Of a stretch of 64,000 bases of DNA, positions 25,330 to 40,100 are shown in pieces. The notes below the pieces were generated by a model. That model was given only the letters and a program-made list of their open reading frames with translations, was not told where the DNA came from and ran no database searches. Position 1 is the first letter of the stretch, and every line of letters starts with the position of its first letter. Location: the NCBI GenBank assembly GCA_016748015.1, contig JAAOMT010000302.1:310001-374000 (forward strand), written 5' to 3'. Position numbers and translations under genes: made by a program. Source of the DNA: Geosiphon pyriformis uo1 (taxonomy: Eukaryota > Fungi > Glomeromycota).

Positions 25330-25720
25330 AGATATAAAACAGTATAAAATAACAATTATGAGTTTAATATAAAATTAATTACTTTTATAATATTTAAAAA
25401 TTACTAAATATAATTTATTTAAAAATTTTGTAAAAATTTATTGTTGTTTATTTAGATAATATAAATGTTTTTTTATTAATATTTACAAATTATTTAAAAA
25501 ATTAAAACAAGCTAAATTCTAATTAAATTTAAAAAAATACTTTTTTAGAAAAAATAAATTAATATTTCTAAAATATATAATAAAAAAATAGACAAAATAA
25601 AAAAACTTAATGTTTTAAAACTTAACAAAAATAAGAAAATTTTTAAATTTTAAATTTTATTATTGATATTTTGTAAAATAATTATTAAATATTTCTAAAT
25701 TTTTTAATTATTTATTATTT
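25330..25720 (+). pseudogene. Extremely eroded Gypsy RT remnant
   Basis: NYEFN, FIVVYLDNINVF, LNLKKYFFRKNKLIFLKYII and LTKIRKFLN occur in the correct RT order. Confidence 0.6.
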
Positions 25721-25929
25721 AAAAATATAACTATTTATAATTATATTACTTATTTAACTTAATATAAATGATTAAAACTTTTAAAAATTATTATTTAAGT
25801 AAATATATTTTTATTTATAATATTACCAAAAATATTTATATTATTATTAATTTTATATTGTAAATTTATTTTAATTTATATTATTTAAAACTTTATCAAA
25901 AATAAAATCAATAATTAAGAGTTTTTTAT

Positions 25930-27000
25930 TAAATATAATATTTTTTTAAAATACCAGTTTTAATAATTATAATATTAAAATTTTTATAAGATTCAAAAAT
26001 AATAATAATATATTAAAATTGTTAAAAAAGATCAAAATAACAAAAAACAAAACAGAAATAACAATAAATATAAAAAATTAAATTGTTAATTTTATAAATT
26101 ATGTATTCAAAAAAAATTAACCAATTTGTTTTAAACATATTATAAAAAATAATTACTTTTTTTAATTAATAAAAAAAAAATTTTAATATTATTTTTATTT
26201 ATTAAAATTAACTAATAAGTAAAAAACTTAAAATAAACAATAATATATTGTTAAATACCAGTAAACTTTAATATAATTTAAGAAACTTTACTAAAAACAC
26301 TAAAAATTATTTGAATATTAATAGCAAAAATGTTTTTAAGCATATTATACAAAATAATAGCAATAAAAAAAAGAAATAAAATCAAAAACCACCAAAAATT
26401 TAATAATTTTAAATGTAAAAAAATAAACTAATTAGTCTAACTTAAAAAGTTATATTTAAAAAAATTTAAAAAACAAACTTTATGTAAAACAGATTTATAT
26501 TGTTTTTAAACATAAATTTTATATTAAAAAAACTATATACAAACCAAAAAACAGTTTTTATAAAAGCTAATTTAATTTTAAAAAAAGTATTAAGTATCAA
26601 AATAAAGATTATTTATTTAAAAAAATTTAATAACTATTAATTGTTTTTTAAGTATTATTAAAAACAGTATTATTAAAAAACAAAAAAATTGAGTTTATTT
26701 CTATTTAATTAACTTAATTCTTAAAATTAAATGATTTAATAAGTTAATTAATTAAAAATATATAAAAAATTATATATTATTTTGTTTTTAAAATTAATAT
26801 AAATTTACCAAAAATTAATATAATAAGTAATATAACTAATAACTAATCAGAATTAATTTTAACAAACATATTACTATTATTATTATTTAAAAAAAATTAT
26901 TATTTATAATCAGATTTAAATTAAGTATTATAATTAATACAATTATAATAAAATTAGTATAATTATTAAAAAACCAAATAAAACCAATATTTTATTTTTT
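25930..27000 (-). mobile_element. Eroded copy of the ORF1-only retroposon
   Basis: Reverse complement aligns by eye to about 44280-45090 (e.g. TTTAAAnACAATATAAA, TTTTTGGTGGTTT, ATTAAAACTGGTA). Confidence 0.6.
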
Positions 27001-27029
27001 ATAAAAAAAAAAAAAACTTTAAAAATTAA

Positions 27030-29070
27030 ATTATGTTTTAAAAAATATTAAAAAAAATTATTTTTAAGTATTTTAAAAAAATTGGTATTTTTAATAACTA
27101 TATTAAAACTAGTTTTAAATTATTGCTTAAATTTATAAATTTGGAAGATGTTTTTAACTGTTTTTTGATTATTAGTTTTTGAATTTACAGACTTTAGACT
27201 AAACTCCATCTAATTTTTTGTAGTATTTTGTTAGATTGAAAATTAGTTCTATAAACAATTTTTTTGCCAAAGTAATAAAGATGTTTTTAGTTAACAAACT
27301 TTTATTAATAAACAACTTGTTTCAGATTTTTTACAATTTAGACAGATTTCTAATATTTAATATCTTAAAAAAAACAGTATATTATAAGATAATAGTATCT
27401 CTAAAGTGTTTTGGTATTGTTTTTTATAATAAACTTTTGGACAAACATAGTGTATTAATAACTTAGAAGATATTTTATTGTTGAAAAAAATTGAGTCCAA
27501 AGAATCTTATTATATCTTGATTTATTATGATATTTGGTTTTTTAAGTGAATTAAATTTTGGCATCACAAATATAGTGACTGTTTCTAATTTAGTATCTTA
27601 TAGTGTTTTGAGTTTAGATAATTTTGGGTCAATAAAAGATCTTTTGTATAAGATTTGGGATAATATCTTTGATGTATATATTGATGATTTACTAAAAAAC
27701 TTAAGCTCATTAAGGATAATAAATGAAACAGCTGTCTACTTTCTGATTGTAAATATAAGTATTAATGTTGAAGTTTCTAATATAGTGTTCTCTATATTAA
27801 CAGAACTGCAAATTGTTATCTTAGTCTTAAAATATATGTCATTTTTTAGCTTTATGGTTTTATATTTAAATAATTAAATGACTATTAATACATATATTTT
27901 AGAGTTTTATAATTAATATTAAATAAAAAGATATTATGTTGTTAATTTAATTAAATACAAGAATTTAAAAGTAGTTTGGTTAAAAGTTAAGAGTTATTTG
28001 AATGTTTCTGGTAATAATTATGCTAATAAACTGGTTAGAGCTGTTATTTATTTTTTTCTGTTTCTTTCTATAAAAATTTTGAAAAGATATTTGGTTGCTA
28101 ATAATCTAGTTGTTTCTGATAATACTTGTTATTATATTTGGGATATTTATAAAGCAATTGCTAGTTTATATTAAAAAGTTAACTCTGGTACTAAGATTGT
28201 TACTAGCTCTTTTATTTGTAAAATTAATTAAATTTAGACATCATTGGTTTAATACTCCAATTTTTACATATTTTTTGATTTTATTAGCAAAGCTATGGCT
28301 AATCTCAGAACTTATATAATAAAGACAGTTTATAAAAAACTTTTAGTTGCTATTTATAAAAGGTTATATGACAAAACATACTTTAATGTTTTATACCTAT
28401 TTTGTAGAAATGTAAAATTTTTAGATTATTTATTTATGTATTTAGAAGATGTATTTTAGTAAAAAAAATTAATTTTGAATTATGTTGAATTTTGGTTATC
28501 TTTAACTGATAAGAGAATGCTTTTATTATCTTTTATTTTGTGGTTTTTTTACTTTTGTCTATTTAATATTGGTTTATATATAGTGTTTTGCAAAAATTTT
28601 GTTCTAAAAAATTAATTAAAAAATGTTTTAATAATATATAATAATAATAAAAGATGATTTCTGCTTTAATGAATTTTTTTTGTTAATTGGTTAATTACTA
28701 TTACCAAAAAATATAATTAGTTAGAATTAAGTTCAAATTGGAGGCAAAGAAAACCAGATTAGTAAATAATAATAGTATAATCCTTATAGTAATTGTTAGT
28801 TTGTGTTCAGATTTATTTAATAAGATAATTTGTATGTTTAATATTATTGAATCAATAGTAATTAATTTTAATAGATATATATTTTATATATTTTTTTTTG
28901 AAATAGATAATAGTTTATATGTATATATAAATATATAGTGTTATTTAGATTGGCCCAAATAATTGGTTATATATAGTAAATACATAAATTATGTTTAGTT
29001 AAAATTACTTAGTCTAAATTTGCATACTAAATAGTAATTAGACTATACTTATTAATTAATAAAAAAAAAA
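27030..29070 (+). mobile_element. 5'-truncated LINE (RNase H, zinc finger, 3' tail, poly-A)
   Basis: FDVYIDDLLKNL..TELQIVILVLK (RNase H); C-terminus like 47474-47757(-); tail 28940-29070. Confidence 0.78.
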
Positions 29071-29606
29071 ACTTTAAATAAAAAAAACTTTTATTTAAAG
29101 CCAAAATAAATATTATAAATTAATAAATAACTGGTTTTTAACTTTTTTTATTTAAAAAAAGCATTTTTGTATAATATTATTAAGTAGTTCTTATAATTAT
29201 AAGTATTTTATTGGTAAAAAAAACTACTAATTGCTTTAAAAAATATAAAAATTATAGTTTTTTTATTTTTTATTTTAATTATAATTATAAAAATATAAAA
29301 AAAAATTATTTTTATTATTAAAAAATTAAAAAAATAAATTTAAAACTTTAAATTTAAATTATATATAAAACTAAATTTATTAAAAAATAATAATACAAAA
29401 TTTTGTTTTTAAAAAAACAATATTTAATAAATAATAATTGTTAATAAAAATTTTTTTTTTCTTTTATATTCTAAATTTTCAAAAATCATTTTTTGAAAAA
29501 GAAGTTTTTTATTTTTTTGTTTTTGTCTTTTTTATTCTATTATCTTTAATATTCTCAAACAAATAATCTTTTTGTAGTAGATCTGGTGGTTGTTTCTAAT
29601 AATAAT

Positions 29607-31453
29607 ATGTCTAAAAAAAAACATCCAAAGAAGTTCTTTATAGATTTGTTGGAGATTCTTTTTTTCAAAAAAAAAGAGTTTCTATATACAACATCAAGCA
29701 TTCCAGTAATGAAAAAAATATTTTTTTGGTCAAATCTGATTTTAGTAAAAATATATATTTAGATATAAATATTAAATTTGGTAATAGTAATAATAAAAAT
29801 GTCTTAACAAATGTTGGTGATAGTTTTTTTTGGTTTAGTAGTAACAACTTATAAAGCAAAAAAAGTTGTTAATAACTTGAAATATAACTTTTCTTTTGGT
29901 AAAATTAACTTTAATATAAATAAAAATAGAAAATCTTTTCTTTTTTCTCTTAACATATTTCTGAAAAAAAGATAAATAGATTTAAAAATAGTAAAAACCC
30001 AAGTAAAAGTGGTGGTAAAAAATTTTTTCATATTAAACATTAATCTTTTAACAATAGAAAAAAAAATTAGCAACAGCAAAAACTTAATTTATTAAAAAAA
30101 ATTTTTTATTAATTAATAGTTTTGAAAGAGTCACTACTTTTTTAAAATTTGAAGAGATTATTAGATCTACATTTATATTAGAGAAAAGCATGAAAAAAAC
30201 TATATTATTGGTCAAAGAGAAGAATATTATTGTAAATATTAATCTTAGGAAACAAAAAATTAGGTCAGATTAAACTATAACAATCAAAAAAATTTTTATA
30301 AACATACCAAAGGAAATAATTTTTGCCATAATTGCTAAATATAATTAAATTGTGTTAATCAAATTGCAACTCAATGGGTTGTTACAAAAGACTGTGGTAA
30401 AATTTGCCAAATTGGCTTAAGCAGATTAATTAACAGCAAAGTGGTTATTTTTAATCAGGAAAGATTTAGTACATATAACTAAGACTGTAGAAGATTGCAA
30501 AACTTGGATGTCTAAAAATTATTTTAAGATGCTTTTGTTTACTTTGTTTGTGAAAACAACTGCTTATAATCTTAATAATATGTTGAAAAAAACTGGTAGA
30601 AAAACTTGTATTATTAATTGCTCATTTAATATTGGCAATTAAATTTACTGTGCCATAATTGGCTTTGATTTGGATAAAAAACTGGAGTTTGCTTTTTGCA
30701 CAGAACCAATTTTTGGTGATGTAAAATTATCTTGGATTAGAATAAATTTGGTTTGGTATGAAAAGTATAGAGAGTTTAAACATTCTGTTTTAGAGTGTAA
30801 TATACTAAATGTATTTACTATTAAGTCTTTGAAAACATTTAAAAGAATTGTTTCAAATGCAAATTACTTTAAGTTGGCCAAATTATATGTAAAAAAAAGT
30901 GTTTTTATCTTTTATTTTACTGTTTTTGGTGGCAAATCTTGAGCACAAATGGTTTTATTTGCTGTTTTTTCTAATAATATTTATTTTGGTTCTGGTTCTA
31001 AACCTTTTTTTTTGGTATGTTATATATTAAAGAGAGTTTCATAATCACTCAGAATAATTTATTTATTAACAATTGCTTGGCTTTCTTAAAACATTTTTTG
31101 AAGCTTTTGGCTAATTAAGTATTAAGTATTGTGTAAAAATTAAGCAGTATTAACTTGGTACTCTTGGTGCTTGTTTCTCAATTTTTTTTTCTGGTGTATT
31201 TGTTTTTTCAAATTCAGGATCAAATTTAAATATAACTTTAAAAGACTATTTGAATTACTCATCTTTTTTTTTAATTGCAAATAATATGGTTTTAGATTTG
31301 GGTTTAAGCAGTTTGGAGGTTCTGATTACCAAGATAAGTGGATTGGAATCTAAAATAGTGGCTTTTAAAGTTTTTGTCTATTCAGTTTTGGCAAAATTAG
31401 ATCAATTGTGTACTAATTTAAGTTCTTTAATATTTTTTTATCTTAATAACTGA
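29607..31453 (+). pseudogene. LINE ORF1 (RRM-like domains, CCHC knuckle remnant)
   Basis: QKTVVKFAKL..KWLFLIRKDLV, LLFTL, WYEKYREFKHSVLEC (degenerate CxxCxxxxHxxxxC). Confidence 0.7.
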
Positions 31454-34400
31454 TTTAGCTTGGAAGTTTGCTATGTGTAATGTTTGAAGTCTTAATATTT
31501 CTACAAAACAAAAAGATGTTATTTGTTGACATGTAAGCTTGAATAATATGGTTTTAATTATTACAAAAACAAAATTGAAATCTAATATTAAATCCTAAAT
31601 ATTAAACAAGTTTAATAGAGTGTGAATTTTTACATCTGGTTTGGATAAAAATTTTTTTGGTGCTAAAGTGGCTATTATTATGAACAATTCTTTGGCTTAA
31701 CATATTTCTAAAATAGAAAAAATTTTTAGTTGAATTATTTCAGTAAGACTTCTGTTCAAAGAAAAATTGTCAATTATGATATTAAGTTTGTATGTTAATG
31801 CTTCTGCCAAAGTAAAATTTGATTAGGCATCAAAAATCAATTTTTTTATTATCAAGGCAGTTAACTCTAGTATTTTTGTGATATTGAGTAGGGACTTCAA
31901 TAAAGATAATTTAAAAAAAAGTGTAAATTTCAGATTTTGTGTAAATTTAAAATTAATTAACTTATTTTGTAAACATTTATTGGTCAAGGCTTTTACTTAA
32001 ACCAATTTTAAAGACATTAAGAAGATCATTAATTTTATTTTTATAAATTACAATTTGGCATCTGCAATTATTGGTCATAGAGTTGACTTTATGTCTGATT
32101 TTTTTGATACTAATTATAAGGCAGTTTTAGTTGTGATTGGCTTAAATGATCTTTTAAATATTTATCTTAATAATATATATAAACAGATTAATAGAAACAA
32201 ATGGAAATTTAAGATCAAGAATACTAATATTAATAAATAAATACAGTTTAAAAAGTATTTATTAAACAGATTTTTAGAAAAAATAGTGAACTTTAATAAT
32301 GTAAAAAGTTGTAGTGATTTGAATACAATATAGAAAATTCTGAAAAAAATGGTAGTTAGTTTTACTGATAAAATATTTTTTAAACTTTGGTTTTGTAAGT
32401 TTAATTGTTCAAAAAATAAGCAGTTATCAAAGTTTTTTAAGCTAGAATTATTAGTGTTCAAGATTATAAAAAGTTTGGGTTTAAATCATAATTCAAAAAC
32501 TGATCATCTTATTAGTACCTAGACTATTATTAATGATAAAAAAACCATTAAGATACATGTTATAATCAATAATAGTAATAGTTTAAAAAGAATTCTGTAT
32601 TATCTGTTAAGAATCAAGAAAAGATATCATAAATTCAAATATTATAAGTTTAAGATTGCCAAAAATGATTTTATTAGAAAAACTATAAACAGAAATATGG
32701 AAAATTTTTGTTTTAATAAGGAAAAAATAATTAAAAATATCCTGAATTGGCCATTTTGAAAGATAGTATTTGATTACCTAGTAGTTGATAATGAACTGGT
32801 TTTAGAATCACATAAAATCAAATCTATGATTAATACAATTATAAAAGATTGGACAAGAAAGTATGTAATATTTAGTATTTTGTCTAATTGTTGATCTGAT
32901 CAATATGCTTCTTTGAGTTATGTAGATAGTAATGTCTTTTTAAAAGTAATGTGTAATATCAAGTTTGATGAGTTTTTACAAGTTATCAAGAATCTATCTA
33001 ATAGAAAAACTGGTTTATTTGATATTTCTAATAAGCTTTAGAAACATAGTAATAAGTAGATTTGAACAGTTTGTTGAATATTTTTAATGTGTATTTAGTG
33101 TTAAATGTAGTTTTTATACAATAAAAAAGAGCTTAAGTTTTTATAATACCAAAACCATATAATTAAAAAAAGATTTTTATAAATATTAGGCCAATAGCTT
33201 TGATTAAAACAACTCAGAAAATCTTATCTAAAATTTTTTCAAATAGAATTTTTTTGGTCTATAGTAATTTCAATGTCTTGTATAGTAATAATTTTTCAGT
33301 TTTAAAAAGCATATCCACCTAAATTTTGATCTTTACTGTTGGTTCTATTATTAAAGATATATTAAAAAAGAACAAAAAACTGTGACTAGTTCTTCAGAAT
33401 ATATATAAAGTATATAATTCTGTTGAGTAATCATTTGAAAAACAGTTTGGTTAAAATCAAAATATGCTCCTGTTTTATTAAGTTTTTAAAAAATATATCC
33501 AATAATTAAATCAATTAGATAATAACAAATTTTGGGCTTACAAATAGATACACTATTTATAATAAGCTGGATCAAAATAAGGTTTTTTCACTTTTATTGT
33601 AAAGAATCTTTTATGATATCTTGTTCTACAAAATTAAAAAACATAAAAGTTTGTTTGACTACAGACTAAATTTAAAATTTTTTATGCAGACTAACAAGCA
33701 AAGTTACAAAAGTAGTATAACATTCTTCTTAGCAATAAGAGCCTTTATAAATAACACAATTTAAATTGAAAATAACATGTCTGCTATTCAGTGTATTTTG
33801 GATATAGCTAGTGAATTTTTTCAAATCAATGATATTTTAATTAATATAGATAAAACAGTAATTATATCTATCAATCAAAGAATAAAAGTTTTTTATTTGT
33901 TAATTAATAAATTAAACATTTTTATAATTAAAAAAGATAAATTTTATAGATACTTAGACATTTTTTATCTACTAATAGTCTTTCAAAATCTAGTCTTATC
34001 AAGACTTATTCAAATATTAAGTTTTTTACAAATTTGGTTTTGAGGAAAACAGTATTTGATAAACAATTTTTTTACTTGGTATTTGTAGTTTTACAACTAA
34101 TAGTTGTTTGCAGATTGCAGTTTAATTATGTTTTTGCTAATGTGTGCAAAAAATGGAAAAAATATTAAGAAAAAAGCTGAAACTCAAGACCAATTTACTT
34201 AAAAATTTTTCCAATGAAGTCATTTTCCATTCAAAGTTATATGGTCTTAAGACTTTTAAACAAATATAAACTGAGAATTTTTTGGCAAATTTGGTAATTT
34301 TTGCCAACTTAAAAGACATTCTTGACAGATTGTTTAAACATAGAGCTATAAATCTACAAACTGTCAGTTAAATACCTTAACAACATTTTTGTTTTTTAAT

Positions 34401-36120
34401 TATATTGTTAATTAATTCTATAAATTGCTTTTTAATTAATGTAACCAACACTCTAACAATATGTAAGCTCTTTTTAGGCAATGATTTGCTAAATGTTTTC
34501 TGAGTTGGTAATAGTGTTACTGTTGTAGATATTTTGGGCTTGAAACAATATCTAAGTATGGTTTATTGAAAAAATTTGGTATTATTTTTGCAAATTAGCT
34601 TCTGAACTGTTATAGCATGTGTTTTATGTAGAGTAATTTTTACAGATAAAAAAGACTGGATTTTAGAGGACTAATTTCTGGTTGGTTTAGTTTATTAGTC
34701 AGGTTTATTAAAAATAGCAATTTGTTTGATGATTGTGCTCTGGTTTTTTGTTTCACTTCTGATTATTGCTTAACCAACTTTGGTTTTATTGATGAACATC
34801 TTTTAAAAAATAAGTCAAATAATATATTTGTTTATATAAATAATTCAGTCAAAAGTTTGAGGTCTATAAGTATTTACAATAGTGCTGCTGTTTACTTTTC
34901 AGACATTGATAAAAATATAAGAATTAGGATATGTAGTCTGCTTTTTTTAATTTTAATGAAACTGTAGACTATTGTTCTTGCTTTAAAATGTGTTTTAGTA
35001 TCTAGCTTAGTTGTTTTGTTCACAAATAATTAAGCATTATTAGATATAAGTACTTTCTTTAAAAAAAATACAAGTTCTGATTTTTACAATAAATGTTGAA
35101 TAAAAAGAAAACATATTTGTTAGACTATTGCATTGAAAAATTTATTAGTTGATTGAAACAAGATCAAAGATTATTCTGAAATTATTAACAATAAGTATAT
35201 TATTTTTTTGTTAATGCTGCTATTATATCTGATTTTATGCTATTTGTTAATATGTTATGTCATTTTTTAGCCATTAAAGACAGATCTGTTTTTGGGAACA
35301 TCTATTATTTCATTAAACATCTTTTTAAAACCATTAGTTTTGTTGATTGGAATTCTAAATGTGCTAATAATGCTGTAAATAGTACTCTGTATAACATAAT
35401 TAACATAAATAAAACATTTAGTATATAAGATCCTAATAATTAAGTTTGATTTGGTTTTACCAGTTCTGCTTTTATAACACTTCAATTTTACTTTATGAAA
35501 GTTTTATATCACTAATTGTTTATAGCCAAAAGAAAAAAATTATACAATTCAGATTATCCCAGTGTATTGTGTATTTAATATAAGTTAATTGAGAACTCTA
35601 ATTACATGTTTTTTTATATTTATAATGTTAGTACCAAAAAAAATTTAATTTTAAAAACTATTAAAACATAAACTGATTTGCTAGATACTTATACTGCTAA
35701 CAGTATGATAATCTAATTTTTGCTTGAAGTTAAATCTTCAAATTGTTTATATATGTTATTAACCAAAGGCTTTGTAATAAAAGAATAGATAACTAACATA
35801 GTATGTTTATTGAGTAGTGGTTCTAATGGTGTGTTTTTGGTTATCAATTTGGTTTTGAATTTTGCTAAGAATTACAAATCTATTATGTAGTTGTTGACTG
35901 CCAAATTAAGAGTACATCATAAAAAATATGATTTTTTGCCATATAATAGATTTGTAATACTGGTCATATTTGGTTTGGCATAGTTGTGGTTTTTTAGTAT
36001 GATTTATAATTTTGGTATTAGATTGAATATTTATGTTTATTTTGATTTGTATCCTTATTTATTTAGTGTATATTTTGGTTTTTTGTGTAATTTTCTTATT
36101 GTAAGTAGTTTAGATGTTTA
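31446..36120 (+). pseudogene. LINE ORF2 (APE endonuclease, RT, RNase H, zinc finger)
   Basis: WKFAMCNV.SLN, ITKTKL, ILSRDFN (APE); IPKP..NIRPIALI, LDQNKVFS, AFINNT (RT); VYINNSVK (RNase H); many stops. Confidence 0.82.
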
Positions 36121-36965
36121 ATATTGTCTTAATTGGTCTAAATGGCTAATTATATATAGAAAATATATAAGTCATATTTAATATAGAAGCTTGTATGATT
36201 CTATAATCTTAGATAGTAGTTGGATTGTATTTGTAAAACATATAATAATAAAAAATTGATATTAAACTTAATTAAAATATATAATAAATGTATTTTTTTA
36301 ATTAAATAACTTTTTTATTTTTTATTTTTGTAGTTTTTAATAATTATTATTTTTGTTATTTTAATTTGCAATATTGTTAATTAAAGTTTTTTAAAAAATA
36401 AGTTTGTTTTTTTATTATTAAAAAATTAATTATTAATAATTATATTATAACTTTTTTCTATTTATTTATTTATTATTAACTTAAATGTTTAATTATATAT
36501 AAATTTATATATAATTTATATTAATGGTTTTTAAACTTTTTATATATATGCAAATAATAAAATATATTACAATTAAATAAGTTGATTTATTAATTATTGT
36601 ATTAAAAATAAATAAATAAAAAATTAAGACTTGTATAAATTATAAAAATTAAATTTGGTTATCAAAAAAGATACATATTTTTATCATATGGTAAAATTAA
36701 AGTAGTTTTTCATTTTTGAATTATAAAAATTCCAAAAAAAATGGTAAATTAATCAATTATAAAGATCCAAGTTTCCTTAAAGCTGACAGTTTCAGTTCAA
36801 CTGAATTCATTGGCTGTATAAAGGGTTAGGTCGGCTTACCCTGTACTTTCAACCACCCAGATCATGTTTGACGTTAGACAACCGATCTGGTCCCTGATAC
36901 TGGAAAAAAAATGCACCAGCAGTTGCTTCTTTCGCAAACTATCTTGCCTCTCACTCAAACTTTTG

Positions 36966-37065
36966 GTAAGAACTCGTTTCGGCCTGTTCTCAACTCCCTT
37001 ATGCTCATTTCATGACATTTCTTCTATAATTTAAACCCTATTTCCTCTTTCATCCTCCATTATAG
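36966..37065 (+). other. Probable 5' leader intron of the KMT2-like gene
   Basis: G|GTAAGA donor, pyrimidine tract, TATAG acceptor; 100 nt, similar in size to the coding introns. Confidence 0.5.
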
Positions 37066-37149
37066 GTATATATAGTAAATTTGGACTCGTTTCCCAGGCT
37101 GTGGCTAGGGAAGTTACAGAAGAAAGAAGTTTAAAGAATCTCTGCGCCC

Positions 37150-40100
37150 ATGCATAACGACAGTGGTGCTGGAAGACCTTTGACCAACGGACGGCAAAGG
37201 ACACCCGTCAAGCATCAAACTACACAAGAAGAGGAAGAATCTAATGGAGGAAACCAGTCAACGACGCTTACTGTAGTTAATGAAATTTGCGAAGTCAATA
37301 CAGACAACTCTGATAATGGAAGCGACTGTCTTCACAGTCTGAACAATCGAAAAAACCTTAATGTGGTTAATGGAGTCGTTAAAGTTGAAAACTTCAACGA
37401 GTTGAGTAGTCGTAGAAGATTGACTGGCTTGAATGGGAACGCTACCTTTGCAAGAGCAGGACCTTCCAGAGCTGTTAATTCCACGCCTGAATATAATGAA
37501 AGCGCAGGAATGAGTCGAAAAGATTGCCGCAAATTAATGCCGATTACTAGCCACCAAAAGTCTAGGACAAAATTGATTCATTTGGTCGAGGCTGGCCTTT
37601 TGGAGGAGGACGCAGAGGTCATATTTAAAGGCTGTCATGGAACTATAACTAACCAGGGAACCATAATTCCTTCCTATTTATTGGCTGGCGAAGAGGTTAT
37701 CGACGCTTCATCTATCAAGTGGCTTTCTCAAGAATATGATTCACCCAGCGCTTTTGCAGCGGCTGTAAGCACAGCCGGAAGACCTGACAAAAAGGTGTCA
37801 GCTAACGGCTGGTCCTCAATAAAAATATTGAGTCCGACCCGAGATTCTTGGGTACCTCTTGATCACTACCGGCAAATGTATGAATTGAAAGTTGAAAATG
37901 GTTATGATCCATCACAAGAAAAATTTTATGTAAACGATTCATCGATTAAAATGTCTAATTTATCCGACATAGTTTCTCGTAGTGGGACACGGAAAATCAT
38001 AAGCCATTCTCACGGTTTCAAGACATATCGTCGCAATCCAGCTTTAAATACTAAAATATATAGCAAAAGCGAAATTTCACGGCGTAATTTACGTAAATTA
38101 TCTTTTGATTCCCAAATGGATCAGAAGCAAAATACTGATGCTATTGGAAAATCTGAAATGACGTTGAAATCTCGGCGATATCATAATCAATTTCTAAAAT
38201 CAATTGGTCGAGATTCCTTTCGAATGGGTATGCCACTGTATGTAAAATCATCAACGAAATCAGGATGGGATATAGATGAAGGATTCGATTTTTCTAGGAG
38301 TTTACTGCAACCAATTAAGCGCAGTGCAAGTATTACATTAGCCTCTCTAGAAAACATATTGCCTTTGATTAAAAAGCAGATGTTAATATCTAGGGAAGAT
38401 TTTCCCGTACTACCTTTTGTTTTGCATCAAACAATTCCCGTGATTTTAGCTAAGGAGTCTTCACTTTTGAATTCTGATATTTGCTTCGCCTGCGGGACCA
38501 TCGCGAAGTCGGATCAAATGGAAAGCGAAAAAATGATATACTGCGGTCAATGTGGGGAGGCTTATCATTCATTTTGCGTGCTTAAAAAGGAGAACAATGG
38601 GATCTCGCCAAAAACTTCTGTTTGCACGGAGTTTTGGGAATGCCCCAAGTGTACTGTGTGCATCAGATGCTTCAAATCTATTGCCGAATATTCTGAGGGC
38701 TCTAAGAGTCTGCCTGATCAACCCAATACTATTTTGAGGTGCAGTCAGTGTTGCGTAACAGTACATTTAGTATGTCAGGATAAAATGGATCCTTATGTTG
38801 AGGAATCAATGGAGGCAGCAGACGGACAATGGGTGTGTGAAAAATGCGTTTCTTGTGTTGAATGCGATTCAAACCCAGCAATGCATGCAGCAAAAATCGC
38901 TGCTATTGACAAAATACTCAACGTTGACGATCACTATATGTCGGAATGCGACTTCGACGAAAGTGAATCAAAGTCTAAACTACTTAAAGGACCATGGACT
39001 CATGGGTATCGGCTCTGTTCGTTCTGTAGTAATTTAAAAGAAAAAGGAAACATCTGTCCGATTTGTCGAAAATTGTATGGTGACGACGATTATGATATCC
39101 CAATGTTACAATGTGATACATGCCACGAATGGATCCATCAAGAATGCGATGAAAACATGACCAAAGAAATGTATGATGCGATGGATGAAGACGAGAGCTT
39201 GACTTATTATTGTCCAGTTTGTCTAGCCGAGGCTAATGATCAATCGCACATCATGGAGGAAAATGGGTTTGAATTTCAAATCCACCAAGATTTGACTTTT
39301 AAAAAATCAAATATATTATCAAAAGCATATAACACTTCCGAACAGTCTATAAGTGATGATGAAATGAAAGATGCATTTCCCAACAGTGATTCTGCAGAGC
39401 GGGAAGCTGCAGATGCTTTGATATCGATGTTTCAAAACCCCTGTAGTAGGCAGGCTGTGACATTCAAATTCGATGATAGCGAAATTCCTTTGATTGATGA
39501 TAGTAAAGTCCAGCCTTCTGATGATGATCCAATGATGATCGATTCTTCCTTGAAAGTGTTCTCCAATACACAAGAAAGTGTAGTCCTAAATCCGATTAAA
39601 GAACCTGATATTAGAACAGATTCGATTTTTGATGAACTGGGTGTTGAAAGACTTGTCTTAAGTCCATCTCATTATCATACGACACTTAAAATTGATTCTG
39701 TTGTTCAATCTCTTTGTGAAAGCAAGAAAATTCCAAGTCAAATGAACTGTGTTTTGTGTCATATGGGAGATGAGTTGCAACAATCTGTAACACCTGGGCG
39801 GTTAATACCCTTTTGGATTTCAAAAGAACAAAAGTGGGCTCACACTCTATGCCTGATCTTTTCGAAAGGGGTCAAATTGGATGTGACTAATGGAGGATTA
39901 ACTGGGGTACAGGAAGTTATCAAAGAATCTGCTGCAAAGGTTGAATAAAATATCTTCGATATTATAACTTTACAGAGATCGAAATTTATTATAAGCCATG
40001 CTTTTTAATCCGTTCTTTATCCTTTTTTTATGAATAGAAATGCGCGAAATGTAAGAATACTGGGGCTTCCTTAAAATGTGAGGCGAGTTGGCCAGGCTCA

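Larger units (their letters stand above)
29470..36255 (+). mobile_element. Near full-length degenerate LINE (non-LTR retrotransposon)
   Basis: ORF1 followed by ORF2 with APE endonuclease, RT, RNase H and zinc finger, then shared 3' tail and A-rich end. Confidence 0.88.

Noticed and set aside
36820-36845. AGGGTTAGG telomere-like motif
   Set aside because: Single occurrence with no tandem array
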